From assembly GCF_006345805.1 (NCBI RefSeq), contig NC_043010.1:43400001-43464000 (forward strand): a DNA stretch of 64,000 nt, given 5' to 3'. The notes beneath the pieces were generated by a model. That model was not told the origin of the DNA, did no database searches, and worked only from the letters and a program-made list of their open reading frames with translations. Numbering within the stretch: the first letter of the stretch is position 1; each line of letters begins with the position of its first letter. The DNA is from Octopus sinensis (taxonomy: Eukaryota). The position numbers and the translations under genes are program-made. This document shows, piece by piece, positions 1 to 13,178 of the stretch.

Positions 1-1560
1 GAACATATCCATCTTTATAAGGACTTTGAACAGGCCGTGTAAACTAACAATGCCTTTGTGAGTGAGACGAATGAAAATAATGTACAGTGGTTGATTTTGT
101 TCTCTGCATTTTTCTTGCAGTTGAAGACGATCATGTCAATTGTAAAATGTTCCGATCTTAGGCTACATTGAGACCCAGATTATATTCTATCAGCGATTTT
201 CTGCAGTCTGTTGAAGATCGCGAGCGAAGACAATGCAGTTGCTTGCAGTCATTTCTTGTTCTTGTTTGCAGTCGTTTTTTGTTCTTGTACAAGGTGACTA
301 TATTGCAGTCTTTTGTATCCTGTGGCACTGTTCCTTCTTCCCAGTACTGGTATTTTGCGTAGGTGGCGTTGTAAGATGGCATTTGCACACTTCGTAGCAT
401 CTGGCATTCTGCCAACCAATCCGACTAGTGATAAGGCTGTCAATTGTTTGTTTTATTCAGCTATTCAGCAGTTGACAATTTATCTAGTTCTTATATTACA
501 AACAGGTATTCTCCGGCGCCTAGCGCACTGTTCGATTCGGAGTAAATGGAATAGACTTCAAAGTAATGCTGAATCCACTTCTCCATCCCTTAGAGTTTTA
601 AGTAGTTTTATCCTCTTCATGGTTGAGGTGATTATTTTTTTTTATACCCTGATACACTCCATGGATTTAGCCTTTGCAAAGCTGTTGGTAATTGTGATTT
701 GAAGTGTCTGGTCGTTTTCTGGACTTTACTATTTGCTGTTCTTAGTGCTTGCAGGGTTGCCTGGGTAGAGTAACTATTCTGTTGAAGCAGGATTGCAGTC
801 TTTGCCTCGATGAGAGCTGTGAGCATACTTGAGCTTGCTTCAAACCAGTTATGCGTTTTGTCCTGCTTCCTCCTAAAGGCCTTCAGAATATTACTGTGGA
901 TGGTATTTCTAGGAGAGTCTCATAGTACTTATGAATGTCTTGGTAGGTCCGCAGCAAAGCATCTTCCAGTGACCTGATGAACTTTACCACTTTGTTATAC
1001 TGGTATCAATGCGTTGCTTACTAGAAGGTTTCATACCGTGCGTCTTCTTTGACTGAAGTTAGCAAACCAGAGAATGACCTGTGTCGTAATCGGTGTTCTG
1101 AAAGGATCGACTTATAAATACATGTCTTAGATATCTTATAACAGATCTAGTTGATGCTGGTGCTTTGGAACGAAGTGTCACAAAAACACTTTATGCAAGG
1201 ATTTATTCTGGAAGGTAGGGTTTGTGACACACCACAGAGTCCATGGAGTGTGCAATGCTCAATCAATTCTTGTCCATCGTCATTTATGCTGCCAATTGTT
1301 GCAACTCTAGGTAGCTCGGTCAGGAATCGTGATCAGCCCTCAATCTGGTGTTGGAGTCGCCAAGCAGTAGAAGCTCTTGTTGGTTGCGGATCCTGAGCTA
1401 GTTATAGAAATCGTCGTTTGATTTTTGCGCATAGGATAGAGGCATAGACATTGATGAGGTTAGCAGGTCCGTCGGCTGTGGGAAGCAAAAGTGATGAAAT
1501 CCACTTCGTCCCTTTCTAATTAGAGTTCACAATCTTCAGCAGTTTTATAGCCTCTCTAAC
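1..1560 (-). mobile_element. Decayed RTE-clade LINE ORF2 fragment (APE endonuclease through start of RT)
   Basis: Minus-strand frames give endonuclease-like segments (NLINVYA; INDDGQELIEHCTLHGL; HQLDL...DTGHSLV) and the pre-RT motif WEEGTVPQDTKDCNIVTLYKNK; many stops and frameshifts. Confidence 0.8.
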
Positions 1561-1760
1561 GAAGAGGTACTAATTCTACGAGATGTATCTTTGGAGAGTT
1601 TAGATGTCTACTCTTATTAATTATTGGTGTGCTTTATGTGCCAGACCACAGAAGAATCTTCAGAAGGTTATCTAATAGTTCAGGGGTCATGGTTTGTAGA
1701 TCCTAGCAGCCTAGCCTCTCTGTTGGCTTTTTCTTTTGTCTTCTTGTTATACGTCTATAT

Positions 1761-1807
<47 letters not shown>

Positions 1808-2894
1808 CAAATTGAGGGAATGAAACAGGTAATATGTAAGCTACATATGTTTCTTAACAAGATGAAGCTCAGGATGCAATTGTTATCAATGGGCTATGCT
1901 CAACGTAGCTAAACACCAGGTTAAGATTACCTTAATGAAAATTACATTTAGTCCATTATAGAATGGATTAAGCGGAGCAGGAGCACACACGAGGACCTTA
2001 AACCCTTTCGCTCCAACAACGTGAAAAACAAAAACCCCAAAAAAAAACAACCGCCAATATCACACAAATACTTGCCACCACATATGAAATTAATTCAACA
2101 AACATTATTAAGAGAAAACATTGCCGCACGGAATTCCTAAGCCAGTCACAATGAAATGGTGAATTCAACTGAATAGAAAAGTCAATAGCAAAACTATATA
2201 TAAAAAAATATTTACTCGTAAATTCGAACGACATGATACCAGCAGTCTGCCAAAATCTATGGTCAATATTTTTCGAAAAGGTTTTTATTACCCCAATACA
2301 TACCCTACCATTCTCCATAATAATATCAGTCTTTTTTTTTTCTTTCCTTCTCTTTCTCCTTTTCTTGCTACTCTTTGACTCTTAACCACATCCACTCCCT
2401 GCTAAAATACTCATTGGTTATCAAAACTTATTTTCTTTAAATATTTTTTTTTTCATTTTTATATTTTTTGCTATTGACTTTTCTATTCAACTTTTCTATT
2501 CATTGTGTTGTGGCTGACTTAGAACTTCTATGTAGCAACGTAAACTTCATTAAGGTAATCTCAGCCTAATGATTAGCTATGTTGGGTGGAGTTCATTGTG
2601 CAACACTTGCATAATGAACTTCAGCTGAAGCAAATGTAGCTAAACATTTTAACTGTTCCTCTATCCTCAGTTTGGAATTTTATTCGCATTTTTATCAGCA
2701 TTGGTTGCTAACAGTGAGCTGCATAGAAACTATCAGCTTATCGAATTTCTTTGCAACATCGATATGGGAAAGAGTGTGTAACTTTCGATGCCAATAAATT
2801 GCAATCGTATCTTATTGTATATTGTTGACTTTTTGTTCTCGTCTGCAGTTTGAAGCGTACAAACTTCCCACACTCAGATCCCTGGATCGTGTTT

Positions 2895-2936
<42 letters not shown>

Positions 2937-3012
2937 GGCGTTTCCCCCATCAAAATATATATATGTGTGTGTGTGTGAATATATATATATACATACACTC
3001 ACATACACTCAC

Positions 3013-3056
<44 letters not shown>

Positions 3057-3179
3057 CACACACACAAACATATATTAATACATACATACATACGTACGTA
3101 TATACATACATACATACATACATACATACATACATACATACATACATACATACATACATACATGCATACATACATATGT

Positions 3180-4595
3180 ATGATGGATTCTCTCGTCGCG
3201 AACGACAAATGAGGATTTAGTAAAATCAAGCGGTAATCAGCCCTATGGACACGAATGTGTCTCTTGAAACCTGATGGTGCCTTGCAAACTTTTTGGCAAA
3301 GGGAACAAGTTGAGGAATCAGTTTACTCGAATACTATGTATTCGCTGGAGTGGACGACAAGGCCTGCTTTGCTTCGTGCCACGAAGCCACAATAACAGGT
3401 ATGGTTTCTATTTAGAGGAGCAGAGTTTTGCCAGCATGTCTTCATGCTTGCACGAAGTTGGTCCTGATGTTGGAGTCGACTTTGCTCGAATCTTTGAACT
3501 CAAATCTTTTAGGAGAAGCACGACTGGCACCAGGTCCTGCGTTCTGATGTTTTGTTTTCTCACGAAGAAAAGAGAATGTTCAAATTGTCTTTTAGCTTGT
3601 CTTTGAAGCGTAAGAGAGACCTTGCAACTGACATTCCTGTTGGCAATTGGCCAAAGAGAAGTTGATTTGGAATTCTGATATCACTCATACGTGAGAGATG
3701 ACCTGACCATCTAAGCTGTATTTTGATGAGGATGGCCTTAATACTTGATATGTTGCATTTTGTTATCACCGTACTGTTACGAATGTGGTCACTCGGTTTT
3801 ATGTTGGATATAGTACGCAAGCATTGCATATGAAAAGCATCAAGCTGGTTGATATGCTTTCGGTACAGAGTCCAAGATTTAGCACCATATAGCAATGATG
3901 TCAAAACCAGTGACTTATATACATCGACTTTCACCTCAAACGATACGTCGTGGCTGTAAAGCTTACCGAAAGTGAAACAAGCCTTCTCGATTATGGACTC
4001 AATTTCTTTACCCATCTTAGCATCATTAGACACAATGTAACCAAAGATGAGAGAGGGAGGAAACAGTAGAGGCAACATATATAGCAGAGGCAACAGTGGG
4101 AGCATGGTTATGGATAGCTTAGTTTTCTTGATGCTGATGGTCAGACCAAAAGCCTTCAATGCATGCGAGTTGTTTAGAATCCATTGCATGTCCTCAAGTA
4201 TATATGCTACAAGTGCACAGTTGTCTGTGAAGAGTAAATCTGGAACTGTTTGTACCAAAGTCTTAGTTTTTGATTTGAAGCGCTGTTGGTTGAACATGCT
4301 ACCATCGGTTTTGTGTTCAAACTTTTCTCCTTCTTTAACACTCTCGGACGCTGTTTCCAACATGGCGGAGAAATACAAAGCAAATAGGAGCTGTGCAAGA
4401 ACACAGTCTTGTTTTGTCCCATTTGAGACTGTGAGTGAATTGGACACTTCCCTGCTAGATCTAACAGAAGCCATCATGCCCTGATGGAAAGAAATGATGA
4501 CATTTCGGAAACACCTAGCTTTCTAAAGACAATCCAAAGACCATCCCTTGAAACGGTGTCGAAAGCTTTAGTTAGATCTATAAAAGTTCAGAAAG
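3180..4595 (-). mobile_element. RTE-clade LINE 3' half (reverse transcriptase and C-terminus) ending at a (TATG)n tract
   Basis: FIDLTKAFDTVSRDGLW at ~4530-4580, plus the 305-aa ORF 3560-4477 with VSNGTKQDCVLAQLLF, DLLFTDNCAL, LLYGAKSWTLY and QLRWSGHLSRM motifs typical of RTE RT. Confidence 0.9.
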
Positions 4596-4599
4596 GTTA

Positions 4600-5375
4600 A
4601 TCTTGCTATCTTAACGCCTTCCTGAACTTCCCTTCAGTTTCGCTCGCTCATTTCAAACGTAGTCGTTAGGAGGGACTGGGCTTATAAAGATTTTGTTACG
4701 GCCAAATTCATCCTCTCGTACAGGTTCAACTAGAGTACTACGAAGAAAATTATTTATTTTTCCTGCTGAGAGGTTTATTGGTGAAATTAAATGGGTTAGA
4801 AGTAAAAATTGCATGCTTTTTGTCCTTTCTCTTCGTCCTTGCGCCCTTCTACTTTAAGAAGGGTGATTAGCTTCTTTCTTAGGGATCAGGATGTCTCCCA
4901 ACATTACTAGTAATTGGTGTTCTTCACTGGTTCTATTGTACTGCTTCTCGAAACTCCTCGGCTCCTGCCGAAGTTGCAGTATTTTGGTGGCCATGTGGTT
5001 TTTATTGTACGGTCTTTTATTTTTTTATCTCCGTGAGGCAGAATCTGGTAGACGCATCGCTAAGAATGATTGTCGGTGTTACCCTTCGGTCTTGTCTGTA
5101 GGATCGATCCCACACACATCTTCAAACTGTTCACCGAAGACCGTTTCATCTGCTGAACTATTCTGCATAAGGGAAAAGGCACACGGAGTGACTCAACATT
5201 GTGGTGTGAGTTCAGGCGGGGCTTCTTCTGCGTCCTAACGGATATGATCCTGTGCGTTGCACCTGTTTCTTGCTGTCCAGTCGCATCATTCTGGCCTGAT
5301 GGACTTTTAAGCTGTGCAGATTCTTGCACTCTTCATCTCAGATGCATAATGTGCTCATCTTCAATTAAATTTGAA
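4600..5375 (-). mobile_element. Decayed 5' part of a HERO/NeSL-like (RLE-type) non-LTR retrotransposon
   Basis: Minus-strand fragments CKNLHSLKVHQARM (N-terminal zinc-finger remnant), ATKILQLRQEPRSFEKQY, AIFTSNPFNFT and KIFISPVPP resemble the HERO ORF N-terminus as I recall it; not aligned computationally. Confidence 0.65.
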
Positions 5376-5602
5376 CATTACAGCGAGAAAACTGTTTCCT
5401 CGGTTTAGCTCATTATGATCAGGATTTCGAAATTTGATGATACTGTAATAAGATGAAGGAAGCAGTTAACCAAGTAAGATTGAAATCTAAATTACTAAAA
5501 ATATGTATACCTCTGCATTGAAATGGAGGAGTGGTCTTCTTAATCGAAAATATCAGATACATACATGTATGTGAGTGTATATACAGGCACACATGTGCAT
5601 TA

Positions 5603-5965
<363 letters not shown>

Positions 5966-6323
5966 TATAAAAGCATACACATTAGATATCATATAGAATG
6001 AAACAATAAGAAATCATGTTGCTCTCGTGAACCACATTTTTTCGCAGTCTTCTGTACCATTGTTAACTGAAGTCACCATTATGCTCCGCGTTAAACAGAT
6101 TGCGAAACTTGAAGACTGCCTCTCTGTAGCAATTGACTAACTGGGCAATATGTAAAGCACTGAGTCTACTGCCAGGACCAAAGAAGAGAAAGCTAGCTAG
6201 TGATATATATTTAGCTGAACTTGGAACGACTACCACCAAACTTCAACATTAAGAGTCATTAAGAGTCAATCCTCCAGCAAATGTCCTGCTCGCACCCGCT
6301 ACATTTTGGGCCATGTACTGTAG

Positions 6324-6660
6324 CATGGCTCAGTGGTTAGAGCGTCGAGCTTATGATCGTGAGGTTGTGAGCTCGAATCCCGGACCGGGCTGCGTGTTGT
6401 GTTCTTGAGCAAGGCACTTTATTTCACGTTGCTCCAGTTCACTCAGCTGTAGAAATGAGTTGCGACGTCACTGGTGCCAAGCTGTATCAGCCTTTGCTTT
6501 TCCCTTGGATAACACTGGTGGTGTGGAGAGGAGAGGCTGGTATGCATGGGCGACTGCTGGTCTTCCATAAACAACCTTGCCCGGACTTGTGTCTAGGAGG
6601 GTAACTTTCTAGGTGCAATCCCATGGTCATTCATGACCGAAGGGGGTCTTTACCCTTTAC
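6324..6660 (+). mobile_element. Near full-length tRNA-derived SINE
   Basis: A box TGGCTCAGTGG, B box-like GAGCTCGAATCCC, central TTGAGCAAGGCACTT and CACTCAGCTG block, distinct 3' tail. Confidence 0.85.
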
Positions 6661-7400
6661 TGTAATAGTTTAGGATATCATTTCAATCCCCTAGTTTAAA
6701 AAAAAAAAAGATAAGTGAGAGATCTATATAGGGTGAATGTAAAAAAACTTTCGAACAGCACTTGTACACACTAAGATCCCAGATAAATTTACGCCATAGC
6801 AACAACTATATACGAAGGCAACAGTGTCAAAATCACTTCTTCATCTACAAGCAACAACAGGAGGAGGAAGAGAGTAATTGCAAGCGGAACAAAGGCGATG
6901 GGAGTGCTCCATTGCTAAATCTTGTAAAAGATGATTAGCTACTGTGTGTGTGTGTGTGTTTACATACACACATATACATATATGTGTGTGTGTGTGTGTG
7001 TGTATACTGTATGTTTGTATATGTGTACAACAAACATACATGTATGTACGGATGAATGGATGGATGGATATGTGTGGGTGTATGAATTTACAAAGTAGAA
7101 AAGTACTCAATACTGAAACAGAGTGTAATTATTATCGCACTGAGATTACTGTGTTGTAACTCTGATCTTTCGAGTATATGGCATTTCACTTTGAGGGAAT
7201 TATTAAAATATATATTAATATATATAAACATACAGACACATACGTACGTACATGATGTAAAGCATGTATTTATGTACGTGCGTATGTGTGTGCATACATG
7301 CATACACAAACTCACACACACACATATATATATATATGCATTCACATATATGTATATGTATATATATATATACACACACATATGTATATGTACATATGTA

Positions 7401-7438
<38 letters not shown>

Positions 7439-7443
<5 letters not shown>

Positions 7444-7864
7444 CATTATATAAAAGGGCTTAGTAAAATAAGCTGGTGGAAAGGGGAGAGCAGAAATTCT
7501 TCGCTTGCATTTTGGGTTTGTTGGCACTGTTAGTTGGGAGCAGATCTTCAGAAGCGAGAGGAAGCCGAAGGGTATGCTCCCACTTTCAGTGTTTTCAAAT
7601 CCAAACCAGGGAGTTCTGAGCTGATTATAGATGTCGTGTTGACTAATCTTGAAACGTACGTTCTCAAATAACCTTTGCACTTGATTTTTAATGTCTCTCT
7701 ACCCCCATATTTGCGTGAGTTGGAATTGAGCAAACACTATATGAGAGAGGTTTTCTTTAAGTATTAGAAATAGTTTTTCAAAAGGTTTTTTAGCTGCTAT
7801 TTCTAATGAGTTCAGTATGCGGCAAAGTAATTTATTTTACTAAGCCCTTTTATATAATGTAATA
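7439..7864 (+). mobile_element. Non-coding module bounded by a perfect 33-bp inverted repeat, with a hammerhead-like motif (PLE pseudo-LTR-like)
   Basis: 7439-7471 is the reverse complement of 7832-7864; internal CTGATTA...GAAACGTACGTT at 7621-7662; follows (TA)n. Confidence 0.6.
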
Positions 7865-7866
7865 AT

Positions 7867-7966
7867 NNNNNNNNNNNNNNNNNNNNNNNNNNNNNNNNNN
7901 NNNNNNNNNNNNNNNNNNNNNNNNNNNNNNNNNNNNNNNNNNNNNNNNNNNNNNNNNNNNNNNNNN
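7867..7966. other. Assembly gap (100 N)
   Basis: Run of exactly 100 N. Confidence 1.
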
Positions 7967-8149
7967 ATCGATTTGAACTGTGATTCTTAAGGACAGTTGA
8001 TTCTTATGAGCGTTATGAGGCGTTATGAGGTGTTATGAGGCGTTATGGTGCTATAGGGGAGCTGGGTGTTTAGAGAGGTCACGATTTTTCTTAGAAATAA
8101 CACATTTAAAACCAAGCGCGATACTTAAAGTTAGTTTTCAATAATTGCA

Positions 8150-8360
8150 TCCTTCAAAACTTCCATGCTTCCTGAGATTCGCCAACACTACACCTGATTG
8201 TCTCCCCTCCATACACACGCAAGCATGTATCTGACTCATACACTGTTCACTTCCCAGACATTTGTACATTACTGCATATGCTTTGTACGCACTTTTGGCA
8301 AGTTGTGGTGTACCTGAGCACTGTATACAATAATTTCATTATCATTTATTATTATTATAA
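8150..8360 (+). mobile_element. Probable LINE 3' UTR remnant with (ATT)n tail
   Basis: Ends CACTGTATACAATAATTTCATTATCATTTATTATTATT, a LINE-tail-like structure; family assignment uncertain. Confidence 0.4.
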
Positions 8361-8509
8361 ACATAGTCTTTGAAATATAATAATTCATTAAATACCCTAA
8401 ATTATTTTCCATTTGCTTTTAAGGTAACCAAATACTTATGTGCTACATTTCTTAAGACCAGTTATAAAGCTAATAATTCATTAATTTAAATTTCCTATTT
8501 AAATGCGTA

Positions 8510-9070
8510 AATAACGGTAAACCCAATATATTCACCCTGTTCCAGCAGGGTCATCTGCGTTTGCTCAGTCATATACATTGCATGCCGGACGGGAGGATCC
8601 CAAAAGACCTCCTGTACGGGGAATTGACCACCGGCACAAGAGCATGAGGACGATCTCATCTTCGCTTCAAGGACGTCTGCAAGAGAGATATGAAGTCGAT
8701 TGATCTGGTCGACCTGAGACGGGAGGAGGACGCAAATGATCGCGCACGCTGCAGACAAATACTGCGAAAGGGGATGAAGCGAAGGGAAGGGAAACAAGGA
8801 CTCGCCACCAAAGAAAAGCGCACTCGACGGAAGGAAAAGCCAATAGCGCCGGCAGAGAGCTCCTTTAAATGCAGTATTTGTATGCGTGACTGTCACTCCC
8901 GTGTGGGGCCTCTACAGCCACATCAGACGCTGCACCACCATCCGCAGATAACACGATTTCTTCGGGTGCAGATCCATGGCCTCTCGAGACCGACAGATGC
9001 TTACTACTACTACTACTGCTGCTACTACTACTACTACTACTACACTACTACTACTACTACTACTACTACT
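8510..9070 (+). mobile_element. 5'-truncated BovB-like RTE LINE 3' end with (TAC)n tail
   Basis: MPDGRIPKDLLYGEL...RFKDVCKRDMK...FKCSICMRDCHSRVG, then AGATCCATGGCCTCTCGAGACCGACAGATGC and (TAC)n. Confidence 0.88.
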
Positions 9071-9077
9071 GCATGTA

Positions 9078-9475
9078 GGCGTAGGCGTAGCTGTGTGGTA
9101 AGAAGTTTGCTTCCCATCAGCATGATTCCAGGTTCAATCCCACTATGTGACACCTTGGGCAAGTGTCTTCTACTATACCCTCGGGGCGACCAAAGACTTG
9201 TGAGTGGATTTGGTAGACAGAAACTGAAAGAAGCCTGTCATGCATGTATGTATGTATATCTATGTGTTTGCGTGTGTTTATCCCCTACCACCGCTTGACA
9301 ACCGGTGTTGGTGTGTTTACGTCCACGTAACATAGCGGTTCGACTACAGAAATCGATAGAATAAGTACCAGGCTTAGAAAAAGTACTGCAGTCGATTCAT
9401 TGGACTAAAAATTCTTCAACGTGGTGTCCCAGGATGGCTGCAGTCTAATGACTGAAAAACAAATAAAAGATAAAA
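9078..9475 (+). mobile_element. SINE family A (tRNA head, internal microsatellite, conserved tail)
   Basis: Head GGCGTAGGCGTAGCTGTGTGGTAAG...GGTTCAATCCC; tail ...GCAGTCTAATGACTGAAA; homologous to other copies in the window. Confidence 0.88.
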
Positions 9476-9874
9476 AATATAATTATAGAAGTCCTCATCT
9501 CTTTTCGTATTCCATAAAGACTCGCCAAAAGAGGCACTAATACACAAAGATATCTAAAGAGTGACAAATGATGTTTGGAATATAGTAAGAAAATATTAAT
9601 AACGAACCATCGCGCTATATTTTTTCGTTTGAATTGTTTTTTCTCAATTGTGAAAACATGCAGCGGGTGAAAGGAATCATAACATAATGGTTGAAACCCA
9701 CTCAGTTTCATCTATTTAGGATGATTGTACTATTATCTTAATGATAAATAAACATAGGATGATTGTACTATTATCTTAATGATAAATAAACAATCTTAAT
9801 TATGTGTCTACTTTCGATATACCGAGGACGTTAATACACCTTTTTTTCTCAAATTTATAAACCTGATATTGGGA

Positions 9875-9981
<107 letters not shown>

Positions 9982-10084
9982 CCTACACGCGCACGCATGC
10001 ACACAGTTTCTCTCTGTCTCTGTCTCTGTCTCTCTCCCTCTGTCTGTCTCTCTCCCTCTGTCTGTCTCTCATCTCTCTTTCTCT

Positions 10085-10130
<46 letters not shown>

Positions 10131-10773
10131 GCACGCATACATATTTGTTCATGCGCATTTGCAGATAGAAACGAAGTCGGTTAAAAATACCATTCGTTCG
10201 TTGACAGTGAGACAATAATAACTTCAAGAAAATACATATTTTCAATGTCTCATTAATCGATCAATTTTATTCGAGGAATACGGCACTATCGTTTATGTAG
10301 TCATCTTTAAAAACCCGGGCTTTTAATTGCTACAGTGTAAATGTAGCCAATAAGGCTAATGATTAAGAGAGGCATTCATTGAATTCTGTAACCAGGATAC
10401 TGTTGCTACAGTCGGAAATAATCACATGAGTTATACGGGTGTTTAGCGTTGACAAATACTCAGTCCAGATAAGGTCGTTAGCGTCGAGTTAACAAAGAAT
10501 AGCCCTGTTAGAAATGTTTGCTCTTCCTCCTTTTGCGGCAACAATAGGTTTCAAATTAGCTGATCATAAATTTGCAGGCTCTTCATCAATGGTCCGTAGT
10601 ATCTTCTTTCTCTCCTATTTTCTTGCTGCATTAACAACAAGTAAGAACAAAAAATATTTTTTTTTGTGGGCCCTAACAACATCAAGTTAGTTGAATTTTA
10701 ATTTAATTACTACTTTTTTTTTTCTCAAGATCAGTCGATATTCTTTCAACCATCAGTTTTCTTATGTTCGTCT

Positions 10774-10995
10774 TTATTTTACTTGTTTCAGTCATTTGAC
10801 TGCGGCCAAGCTGGAGCACCGCCTTTAGTCGAGCAAATCGACCCCGGGACTTATTCTTTGTAAGCCCAGTACTTATTCTATCGTTCTGTTTTGCCGAACC
10901 GCTAATTGACGGGGACGTAAACACACCAGCATCGGTTGTCAAGCAATGCTAGAGGGACAAACACAGACACACAAACATATACACACACATACACA

Positions 10996-11031
<36 letters not shown>

Positions 11032-11218
11032 GTATATATATATATACATATATACGACAGGCTTCTTTCAGTTCCCGTCTACCAAATCCACTCACAAGGC
11101 TTTGATCGGCCCGAGGCTATAGCAGAAGACACTTGCCCAAGATGCCACGCTGTGGGATTGAACCCGGAACCATGTGGCTGGTCAGCAAGCTACTTACCAC
11201 ACAGCCACTCCTGCGCCT
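10774..11218 (-). mobile_element. SINE family A, full length
   Basis: Reverse complement of the 16008-16449 copy, with internal (CA)n/(TA)n. Confidence 0.9.
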
Positions 11219-12295
11219 CATTTGTGTGAGAAGGTTTTTGGTGGGGAATTTCTTGCTCTTGAATTGAATGAAGGTATCTTTCAAGATGAGATGGTAAGTT
11301 GTTAGTACTCCATCACAAGCTTTTGTGTAGTTTATTTCACCTAGTATCTGCATTTTATTTTTTGTTTTATTTCAATCACTCATATACATCATTCTCAACG
11401 AAGTGATTTAGGTTTTAATTTTGTCGTTGGATATCCAGTTCTTTTGATTTTGTTGTAGGATATCCTGTGTTCGTTGTGTCAGTTTATATTTTAAGTGTGT
11501 TTTCAAGCTTTATTAGCTATTCTAATTATGGCTTATTTTCGTATTCCAGCAAAATAGTTGCCGAGCCTTTTCATTTGAAGATGTTGTTTCAGTGTTAAAA
11601 TCCGGGCTTCACATGATGTTATTACAGATTTAAGGCCATTATAACTTTGTAGTGACGGAAATTTACTTGTCATGTTCAAATTTCCAGTAACACCGAGCAG
11701 TTTCCAACTTTTTCTCACCTCTATCAGTTCTTGCAGTGACGAATTCGGAAGGTCAAATTTAGGTGTCGGGATAAGCGCGATATGGTCCAATGAAAATAAC
11801 CTTCACATCAGTAACAGTTTGGTATATCAAGCTGTTCATGATCATTCAAAAGAGGGCACAACTTTTCTATGTCTTACCAAAATAAAAAAAAAATTTCTTT
11901 CCAATCCTTCAGAAATATCAGGTAATAAGATCCAATTACTTTTGACATACGCAGATCGGCCACAAAGTTAAAATATGTTTCTGAAGTAAGGGTATCCATT
12001 TCTATAAAAGAAAACTGTTTTCTGAGCTGATGATGATAGGTTTAACGAGAGGACAAAGAGCAGTACTGATAAATTATCGCCTGCTGTGTGCATTTTTAAT
12101 AATGCATATTGCCCGATTTGAATTGCATGTTATCAGAAGTAAAGTGGTGTTACAAGTTTTGGTGAGGTGTTTAATAGCAACAACCAGTGATTGCAGAACT
12201 TTGGATAATTGTAATGTCTTGATAATTTAGCATAACACACACACACCTGTGTGTGTGTGTTGATGTTTCAATGTACGCATATATATATATACATA

Positions 12296-12332
<37 letters not shown>

Positions 12333-12464
12333 ATGTATGTATGTATGTATGTATGTATGTATGTATGTATGTATGTATGTATGTATGTATGTATGTGTAA
12401 AAAGAGACTGGGCATTGGAGAGAGAATCACTGATAAGAGCGCCATCCAACCAAAATGCAAATAT

Positions 12465-12742
12465 ATGGGAAACTACCACCTGTGTCATCCCTTGTGAAAA
12501 GTAGGAGAGTCCAGTTTGCTGGACATTGTTGTAGAGCTGAAAAAGAAGTAATTTCTCCTCTTCTCCTCTGGAAGCCATCTACTCGCAATACCAGAGGGCG
12601 CACACTTCCTACCCTGATGTAATCTCCAGGGATACAGGCATCCAGCAACAGGACCTCCGTAATGCCATGATGGACCGTGAAGTCTGGCGTAGCATGGTAA
12701 ATTCCATTGTCTCGACCACGGTCGAACAATGATGATGATGAT
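12465..12742 (+). mobile_element. RTE-type LINE extreme 3' end with (GAT)n tail
   Basis: RRVQFAGHCCRAEKEVISPLLLWKP...DLRNAMMDREVWRSMV then TGATGATGATG. Confidence 0.75.
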
Positions 12743-12842
12743 GTATATGTATATAAACATGTTTAGGAGGAATAGATATATTTTTTAGAGAAGAGTCGAT
12801 TTTTATTATCTCCATTTTCCCAGTATTATTCATATGTCTTAT

Positions 12843-13170
12843 TATTACCTCTGCCTTAGCGAAGGCAGAGGTATTGTTTTCAGTCGTGTTTGTTTGTCCG
12901 TGGACAAGATATCTCAAGAACCGCTGGAAGGATTCAGATGAAACTTTCAGGGATATTTGGCATCGTGGCTGGCACGAACTGATTAGTTTTTGGTATCGAT
13001 CCAGCACCGGACAAGGATTCTGGATTATTTTCACTGATTTTTTTTTTTTTACTTAATGTTTGAGAGCGGTAGGGGTTCATTTTTAGTATTCTCGTTTGTG
13101 AGAGCAGTCGAGTTTATTTCAGATATTCTAATTTTTAAAAAAATCATCTTTGCTAATCGTTGAGAGGATA
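12843..13170 (+). mobile_element. Helentron-associated non-autonomous element (HINE/DINE-1-like)
   Basis: 5' hairpin TACCTCTGCC-ttagcgaa-GGCAGAGGTA (12846-12873) followed by GTTTTCAGTCGTGTTTGTTTGTCCG...GATATCTCAAGAACCGCTGGAAGGATTCAGATGAAACTT, the usual DINE-1-like layout. Confidence 0.6.
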
Positions 13171-13178
13171 TATATATA

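Noticed and set aside
6324-6400. tRNA-like heads here and at 9078, 16008, 18033, 25642 and 51696
   Set aside because: A and B boxes are present but there is no complete acceptor stem or cloverleaf; they continue into SINE bodies
8690-9298. 202-aa ORF
   Set aside because: Read-through of the RTE C-terminus, its (TAC)n tail and a SINE; not a gene
9717-9792. Perfect 38-bp tandem duplication; also a 10-bp minisatellite x4 at ~8003-8047
   Set aside because: Ordinary slippage-type duplications with no further structure
10480-10610. Minus-strand KPIVAAKGGR resembling a Tc1 transposase C-terminus
   Set aside because: Too short and degenerate; no TIR or upstream catalytic motifs found
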